64,000 nt of DNA from NCBI RefSeq assembly GCF_009914755.1, contig NC_060927.1; one strand, 5' to 3'. The position numbers and the translations under genes were made by a program. The stretch's first letter is position 1; every line of letters starts with the position of its first letter. The notes below the pieces were generated by a model. It saw only the letters and a list, made by a program, of their open reading frames with translations, was not told the origin of the DNA and searched no databases. Shown one piece after another: positions 57,115 to 64,000 of this stretch. The stretch is from the human T2T-CHM13v2.0 reference genome, Homo sapiens.

Positions 57115-57650
57115 GTATTAGACGTATGTTACTTGTTCCTGCTCAGCTTTCTTTTCTTCCTTGGAAACAAATATCTTAATTTTCCTATCCATGTGGTTTG
57201 AATGAGACTGACCCTACCCTAGCCCCAGAGTTAAGCATCTGTCCTGATGCTAGCCAATCAGGATATTCAGTATTCAGTCATAGATATTGAATCACAGAAA
57301 CTCACTCAATTCATAAGAGGAAAATATAGCCGCAGGTATTTGCTAGAATTGTTAGGAAAAATAAGGTCTCTGTATATTTATATTCCCAGTTATACATATG
57401 ATGTAAACATGAAGCTATGTATAGAGACCCAAAGACAAAATACAATAATGCTGAACCTAGAGGTAAAGAAGGAAAAAGGGAGAGAGCAAGAGCAATAGAT
57501 GGGGGTGGGTGGGGTCTCAGCAATAATAAAATCAAAAGTTTCCAATCTTTGGACTTTCATCCACAGATTCGTTACTTGGATCCGTTTAAGTTTTCTTTAT
57601 TTAAGTTTCACCTAATTTAGCTTTCACTTGAATCCATAAGACTTGTACCA
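57115..57650 (+). mobile_element. MLT1K-like LTR relic
   Basis: TCCATGTGGTTTG...CTGACCCTACCC...GCCAATCAG...TTTGCTAGAATTGTTAGGAAA. Confidence 0.5.
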
Positions 57651-58144
57651 CAACCCTCTATATTTACTTCGAAAAATCAAGGACTGATACAGATTAAAGT
57701 CTTGCCATGTTTTTTTGTATTTCTTTAAATTTATTATGTTTCCAACAGTTTTTGCCTTATATATTTTATTACAAGCTGCCTAAAGGTTTATGGTCATGCT
57801 ATCTTCCACAAAAACTTCTTGTTATGTGTCCTTTAATTTATTTAACCTGGAACTCTAGTTTATTTAATATTACTATGAGTCCCAATTCCTTTTGTTTACA
57901 TTTGAATGTTATAATTTTGCCCATCCTTTTTGTATCTCGACCTTGTTAAATCCATTTTTCTTGAGTCTATTATAGACAGCTCGAGATTGAGTTTTGTTTT
58001 GTAATGCAAACTGAGATTGCATGTGTATCTGTTTGTAGATTACATTGTTTCATTTTCAATTATTTCATGACCTCTTTATTGTCTCATTTTTGTCATTTTG
58101 TTCTATTTCCTGGCTTCCACTTGATCTGAATATAAATTATTTTT

Positions 58145-59255
58145 TATAATGCTGAATTCTAACTGCTAATATTTTAAGAATCTTTGCATCTGTATTCAGG
58201 AGGGATATTTGTCTGTAGTTTTCTTTTTTGTACTGTGTCTACTTTTTGTATCAGGGTAATACTAACTTCACAATATGAATTGATAATTATTCCTTCATTT
58301 CAAGTTTCTGAAAGAGATTGAGAAAAATTTTTCTTAATTCTTTAAACATTTGGTAGAATTCTCCAATGAAGCCATCTGAACTTGGAGATTTCCTTTTTGG
58401 AAATTTATTAATTACAAATATAATTTCCTTACTAGTATTAGGATACTTCAAGTTATCTACTGAATAGCGTGTGAGTTGTACTCATTTTTGATTATTGAGA
58501 AATTGACTCATTTTGCTTACATTGTCAAATTTATAGTGTAGAGTTTTTTGTAGTGTTCCTTTATTATCCTTTTTATTTCTGCATGGTCTGTATTGTTATT
58601 TCCTGTTTCATTCCTAATATTGATAATTTCTGGGTTTTTTCTTTTTCAGTTTTGCTAGAAGTTTGACAATTTTATTGACATTTCAAAGAACCAGGCTTTG
58701 TTTCACTGATTTTCTCTATTGTTTTTCTACTTTCAATTTCATTGGTTTCTATGGTTATCTTTATTATTTCCTTCCTTCAGCTCCGTTTGGAATTATTTTT
58801 CTCTTCTTTTTCTAGCTCCTTAAGGCCTGACCTTAGATTACTAATGTGAGATTTCTCTTTTAATGTATGTATTTAATACTACAAATTTCCCTCTCAGCAC
58901 TACTATAGCTAGGTCCACATCTTCCATTATATTTTCATTTTTATTCAAGTTCAATGCATTTTTTTAAGTTTCTTTAAGACTTTCTTCTTGAGTCAGGGGT
59001 TATCTAGAAGTGTCTTGTTTAGTTTCCACGAGTTGGGAGACTTTCCGGCTACGTTTCTGTTATTTTCTGGGTTAAAAATATTAGGTATATTACTCAGGTC
59101 CTTGTTATACACATATGCTGTTTGTTCCGGCCTAGTTTCCTTTTCCTCTTTGGAAACTAATACCTTAACTTCCCTATGTAATCATCCTATTCAATGTGTG
59201 TGAGAGATGTAATTTTTATGGTTTTAAGTCTTTTAAGTTTTTTGAGATTTATTTG
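58145..59255 (-). mobile_element. Old L1M ORF2 fragment
   Basis: TTTGCATCTGTATTCA, TTTGGTAGAATTCTCCA, AAATTTCCCTCTCAGCACT antisense ORF2. Confidence 0.82.
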
Positions 59256-59259
59256 TTGC

Positions 59260-60368
59260 TGCAGGATATGGGAACTCCCTCATAAGCTGCTCATTGTACA
59301 ACTACTTTTTTGGTACATCAGTGTGGCAGTGTATTAGTCAGGGTTCTCTAGAGGGACAGAACTAATAGGATAGATGTATATACGCAGGGAAGTTTATTAA
59401 GGAGTATCAACTCACACAATCACAAGGTGAAGTCCCACAATAGGTCATCTGCAAGCTCAGGAGCAAGGAAGCCAGTCTGAGTCCCAAAACCTCAAAAGTA
59501 GGGAAGTTGACAGTACAGCCTTCAGTCTGTGGCCAAAGGCCTGAGAGCCACTGGCAAACCACTGGTGTAAGTCCAAGAGTCCAAAAGCTGAAGAATTTGG
59601 AGTCTGATGTTTGAGTGCAGGAAGCATCCAGCATGGGAGAAAGGTGAAGGCCAGAAGACTCAGCAAGTCTGCTCTTTACATCTTCTTCTGCCTGCTTTAT
59701 CCTAGCCAAGCTGGCAGCTGATTAGATGGTACACACCCAGATTGAGGGTGGGTCAGCTTCTCCCAGTCCACTGACAAATGTTAATCTCCTTTGACAACAC
59801 TCTCACAGACACACCCAGGAATGATACTTTGCATCCTTCAATCCAATCAAGCTGACACTCAATATTAACCATCACAGGCAGTTTCTTAAAAAATAAAACA
59901 TATATCTACCATATGACCCAGACATTTCACTCCTAGGTATTCAACCAAGAGAAATGAACCCACATGTCTATACACTGATCTGTTTACAAATGTTCCTGCT
60001 AGCTTTATTTGTAATAGCCCAAAACTGGAAGCAACCCAAATATCCATCAACTGGTAAATGAATAACAAATTGTGGTATGCTAATGCAATGGAATACTATT
60101 GAGAAATAAAATGAATGACTTATTGATACATGCAACAATATAGTTAAATCTTGAAATAGTTACTCTCAGTGAAAGAAGCCAGACAAAACAAAATTACATA
60201 CTTCATGGTTCTGTTCAAATATAATTTTAGAAAACAATTTATAGTGACAGAAAGCATGATAGAAGTGGTCATATGAAAATGTGTGGGGTATATGAAAAAA
60301 GGCAAGAGGGTGAGTTAACATATAAAACTTTTAGGGTGATGGATATGTTTATTACTCTGATTGGGTGA
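59260..60368 (+). mobile_element. L1ME/MD-like ORF2 end and 3' UTR, host of MLT2A and HERV-H
   Basis: CCATATGACCCAG...ATAGCCCAAAACTGGAAGCAACCCAAAT...GGTGATGGATATGTT. Confidence 0.82.
59330..59876 (-). mobile_element. MLT2A2-like (HERV-L) solo LTR with perfect TSD GGCAG
   Basis: TGTATTAGTCAGGGTTCTCTAGAGGGACAGAAC...ATTAACCATCACA; GGCAG at 59325-59329 and 59877-59881. Confidence 0.93.
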
Positions 60369-60785
60369 TTTCACTACTCGTGTCTGTGTGAAGAGACCAA
60401 CAAACAGGCTTTGTGTGAGCAACAAGGCTGTTTATTTCACCTGGGTGCAGGTGGGCTGAGTCCGAAAAGAGAGTCAGCGAAGGGAGATAAGGGTAGGGCC
60501 ATTTTATAAGATTTGGGTAGGTAAAGGAAAATTACATTCGAAGGGGGGTTGTTCTCTGGCGGGCAGGAGTGGGGATCACAAGGTGCTCAGTAGGGGAGCT
60601 TTTGAGCCAGGATGAGCCAGAAGAAGGAATTTCACAAGATAATGTCACCAGTTAAGGCAGGAACAGGCCATTTTCACTTCTTTTGTGGTGGAATGTCATC
60701 AGTTAAGGCAGGAACCGGCCATCTGGATGTGCACCTGCAGGTCACAGGGGATATGATGGCTTAGCTTGGGCTCGGAGGCCCAACA
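60369..60785 (-). mobile_element. LTR7, 3' LTR of HERV-H
   Basis: Antisense LTR7 (GTGAAGAGACC..AAACAGGCTTTGTGTGAGC...GGCTTAGCTTGGGCTC); polypurine tract (minus strand AAGAAGACAGGAA) abuts at 60786-60798. Confidence 0.96.
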
Positions 60786-60946
60786 TTCCTGTCTTCTTAT
60801 ATTAACAAGAAAAATAAAACAAAATAGTGGTGAAGTGTTGAGATGGCAAAAATTTTGGGGGGTGGTATGGAGAGATAATGGGCGATGTTTCTCAGGGCTG
60901 CTTTGAGCAGGATTAGGGGCAGCGTGGGAACCTAGAGTGGGAGAGA

Positions 60947-62522
60947 TTAAGCTGAAGGAAGATTTTGTGGTAAGGGATGATACTGTGGGGTTGTTAGAAG
61001 AAACATTTGTCACGTAGAATTATTGGTGATGGCCTGGATATGGTTTTGTATGAATTGAAAAACTAAACGGAATAAGAGGAGAAAAACAGGTATTAAAGGA
61101 CTAAGAATTGGGAGGACCTAGGACATCTAATTAGAGAGTGTCCAAGGGGGTTCAGTGTAATTACTTACTTGGTTGGCAAGTTTTTGGGCTCTATCCTTGA
61201 GTTTTTTATGTTGTCATACACCAAGCCAGATTGATTTAGGTGAAAACAACACTCTTCATTTAAGAATATACAGAGTCCTCCTTTTTCAGCAGTAAGTCAA
61301 GGTCTCGGCGGTTTTGGAGGACAACTGCAGCTAAAGAGTCAACTTGGGCCTGGAGGACTGATAAAGTTTGTGATATGTCTGTGATGCTAGCAGAGAAGTC
61401 ATTAGAAAGGCTACGGAAGGTCGTGACAGAAGTCGAAATGCCTGCTATTCCAGTACTGAGAGCAATAGTGGAGGCAGAAAGTCCTAAACCGACAAGCAAG
61501 GGAATTAGTGGAATAACTCTTTTTTGTCGTGTCGGTGTCATGAGGGGAACAGGGAGCTCTTCGGTCCTATTTGCAATTTGAATTTTGGGAGTAAGGAAAA
61601 CTAGTGTGCATGTGCCTGTCCAATTAGCAGGTAGACACATGTAGGTAGAGGATCTACAGAGGAAGAAGAGACCTTGTGCGAAGCAAAACTGGAGATGCAA
61701 AGTAAAAAAGATGAGAAGGAGTGCTGAAAGAGGTGTCTTGTACCCAGACTCCTAGGGATCCACCTAGGGCGGCAGCCGTCAGAGGTTGTAATGGGGACTG
61801 ATGAGGTAACTGCGTAGAGGGGGAGGTTCGATTTTCATGGTGTATGAGAAAACGTTGAGTGTCTACGAGCAACCTTTCACTGTTATTTTTGGGGCTGGGT
61901 ATAAGTAAACAAGAAGAGGACTTTGGAGATGAAGAGTAAAGGAACATCAAGAAGGTGAAAGGTTACCCAGGGGAATTCCAGTGGGTCTTTGCTGAGAGAT
62001 ACATAAAGGAGCAGCCACAGGAATAGTAGTTTGTGTTGTGAGAGGTCCAAATATGGGGGAAGTAGAGTTGATATAAGGAGAAAGGTTTTTTAAGTAAGTG
62101 CAGAGGAGGGCGGCAGATTGCTGATGTGAAATGTCTGGGAAGGTCTTGCTGGACCTGTCTAAAAAGTAAATGAGTTCTTCAGGAGGGTAAAGGTGAGGGC
62201 TGTTAAAGGAAGTTTGGAGATGTAGGGAGACAGGAGATGTTGCCTAGTCTGCACGTAAGGTGGGGAGATGTTGCCTAGTCTGCATGTAAGGTGGGGACAG
62301 CTGTGTAGGCACTGGAAGAAAGGGAAATGCAAAGCCAGTGGTTGTTCGCTAAGGAGGGATTAGAAACGGCTAGGAGAGAATGAGTAAGGTTGATAGTGTG
62401 GTAGAGATAGCTGGGGAGAGGTAGAGGGTGGCATAAGAATGGGAATGAGAATGAGTGAGTATAAAACTATAGAAGTTCATCAGGGTGAAAGTATTGAAGG
62501 GTCCCCTGCCAGCAAAGATTAT
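60947..62522 (-). pseudogene. env: HERV-H envelope relic
   Basis: (M>I)IFAG N-terminus, RQKR furin site, fusion peptide, LQNRRDLDLL ISD, frameshifted TAEKGGLCIFLNEECCF, C-terminal LPSA-stop. Confidence 0.93.
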
Positions 62523-64000
62523 CTATCCACTCTAAGAGGGAGTTAAGAGTTGCCAGTCCTGGGCGGGGGCAAATCCTCGAGCTTGATGTGTAGGAAGGGA
62601 GGGGGCCTGAATACTCCCTGAGGAGTAGTAGAATAGCAGATGGAACACTGAGAAGTTATTTCCTTGAGGATAGATTTCCACAATGGAAAGGAAATGAGAG
62701 GTTCTAAAAGGCGGGCTGGTGGCTTGTACTATAGCATAGCCTGCCCTTGCTGGTGTGTGGCGATTAGGCCTGATGGAACTACCATCAATAAACCAAGTGT
62801 GTTCAGGGAGAGGAACAGGAAAGAAGGAAATATGGGGAAATGGGGTGAATGTCAGGTGAATCAGAGAGATACAGTCATAGGGTCAGCTGTGGTATCCAGA
62901 ATACTGTGGGAGGCCGGATTGAAGTCTGGGCCAGGAACAATGGTAATTGTGGGAGACTCAACAAAGAGTGAGTATAGCTGAAGGAGTTGGGGAGCAGAAA
63001 GTACATGCATCAGGTGTGAGAAAGAAAATAGATTTTGGGAGTTATGAGAACTGTAGAGAGTGAGTTGAGCATAGTTTGTGATTTTAAGGGCCTCTAAAAG
63101 TATTAGGGCAGCGGCAGCTGCTGCATGCAGACATGAGGGCTAGGCTAAAACAGTAAGGTCAAGTTGTTTGGACAGAAAGGCTACAGGGTGCAGTCCCGGC
63201 TCTTGTGTAAGAATTCTGACCGCACTAACCATGCCTAGGAAGGAAAGGAGTTGTTTTGTAGAAGGTGTTGGGATTTGAGAGATCAGTCGGACACGATCAG
63301 CAGGGAGAGCACCTGTGTTTTTATGAGAATTATGCCGAGATAGGTAACAGATGAGGAAGAAATTTGGGCTTGACTGAAGTAATAGGAGCTGTCTGTGAAG
63401 CCTTGTGGCAGGACAGCCTAGGTAATTTGCTGAGCCTAATGGGTGTCAGGGACAGTCCAAGTGAAAGCGAAGAAAGGCTGGGATGAAGGGTGCAAAGGAA
63501 TAGTAAAGAAAGCATGTTTGAGATCCAGAACAGAATAATGGGTTGTGGAGGGAGATATTGAGGATAGGAGAGTATATGGGTTTGGCACCATGGGGTGGAT
63601 AGGCAAAACAATTTGGTTGATAAGGCATAGATCCTGAACTAACTTGTAAGGCTTGTCTGGTTTTAGGACAGGTAAAATGGGGGAATTGTAAGGAGAGTTT
63701 ATAGGCTTTAAAAGCCTTGCTGTAGCAGGCGAGTGATAATAGGCTTTAATCTTTTTAAAGCGCACTGCAGGATGGGATATTGGCGTTGAGTGCGGTAAGG
63801 GTGATTAGGTTTTAATGAGATGGTAAGGGGTGCATGATTGGTCGCCAAGGAGGGAGTAGAGGTATCTTATACTTGTGGGGTAAGGTGGGGAGATACAAGG
63901 GGAGGATGTGAAGGAGGCTTTGAACTAGGGGGAAAGGTGGCAATGAGGTGTGGCTCTAGCCCAGAAATAGTCAGGGAAGCAGATAATTTAGTTAAAATAT
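62523..64000 (-). pseudogene. pol: HERV-H pol relic with internal deletions
   Basis: PYNSPILPV, LDLKHAFF, LPQGF; TWFIDGSS (RNase H); CSIC and QDWQ (integrase); YXDD and DDE segments missing. Confidence 0.93.

Larger units (their letters stand above)
60786..64000 (-). mobile_element. HERV-H internal region (pol and env), continuing beyond the window
   Basis: RT, RNase H, integrase zinc-finger and env peptides recognisable. Confidence 0.96.

Noticed and set aside
58145-60368. Second twin-priming L1 inversion
   Set aside because: The minus and plus pieces are about 2 kb apart on the L1 consensus and no TSD is visible; they may be separate insertions

Overview
Primate (very probably human) AT-rich, repeat-dense, non-coding DNA, either gene desert or deep intron. 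I found no credible host protein-coding exon. The supplied ORFs are chance ORFs or decayed L1, Alu, MaLR and HERV-H frames. Over half the window is recognisable transposon relics: L1 of several ages (including a 5'-intact, internally deleted L1PA4-like copy), five Alus, MIR/L2, many solo LTRs (MLT1, THE1, MER31, LTR2, MLT2A), DNA transposons (MER5A, MER6, MER20B, MER44) and the 3' part of a minus-strand HERV-H provirus with an unusually complete env relic. The most striking unexplained structure is a pair of ~277-bp inverted repeats (21084-21361 and 24810-25085, roughly 80-85% identical by hand alignment). They match no common repeat I recognise, and their 3.4-kb spacer is largely filled with old L1, HAL1-like and L2 relics, which suggests an ancient element kept similar by selection or conversion and able to form a long-range RNA duplex. 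Subfamily names come from remembered consensus sequences. Boundaries of old elements are approximate.
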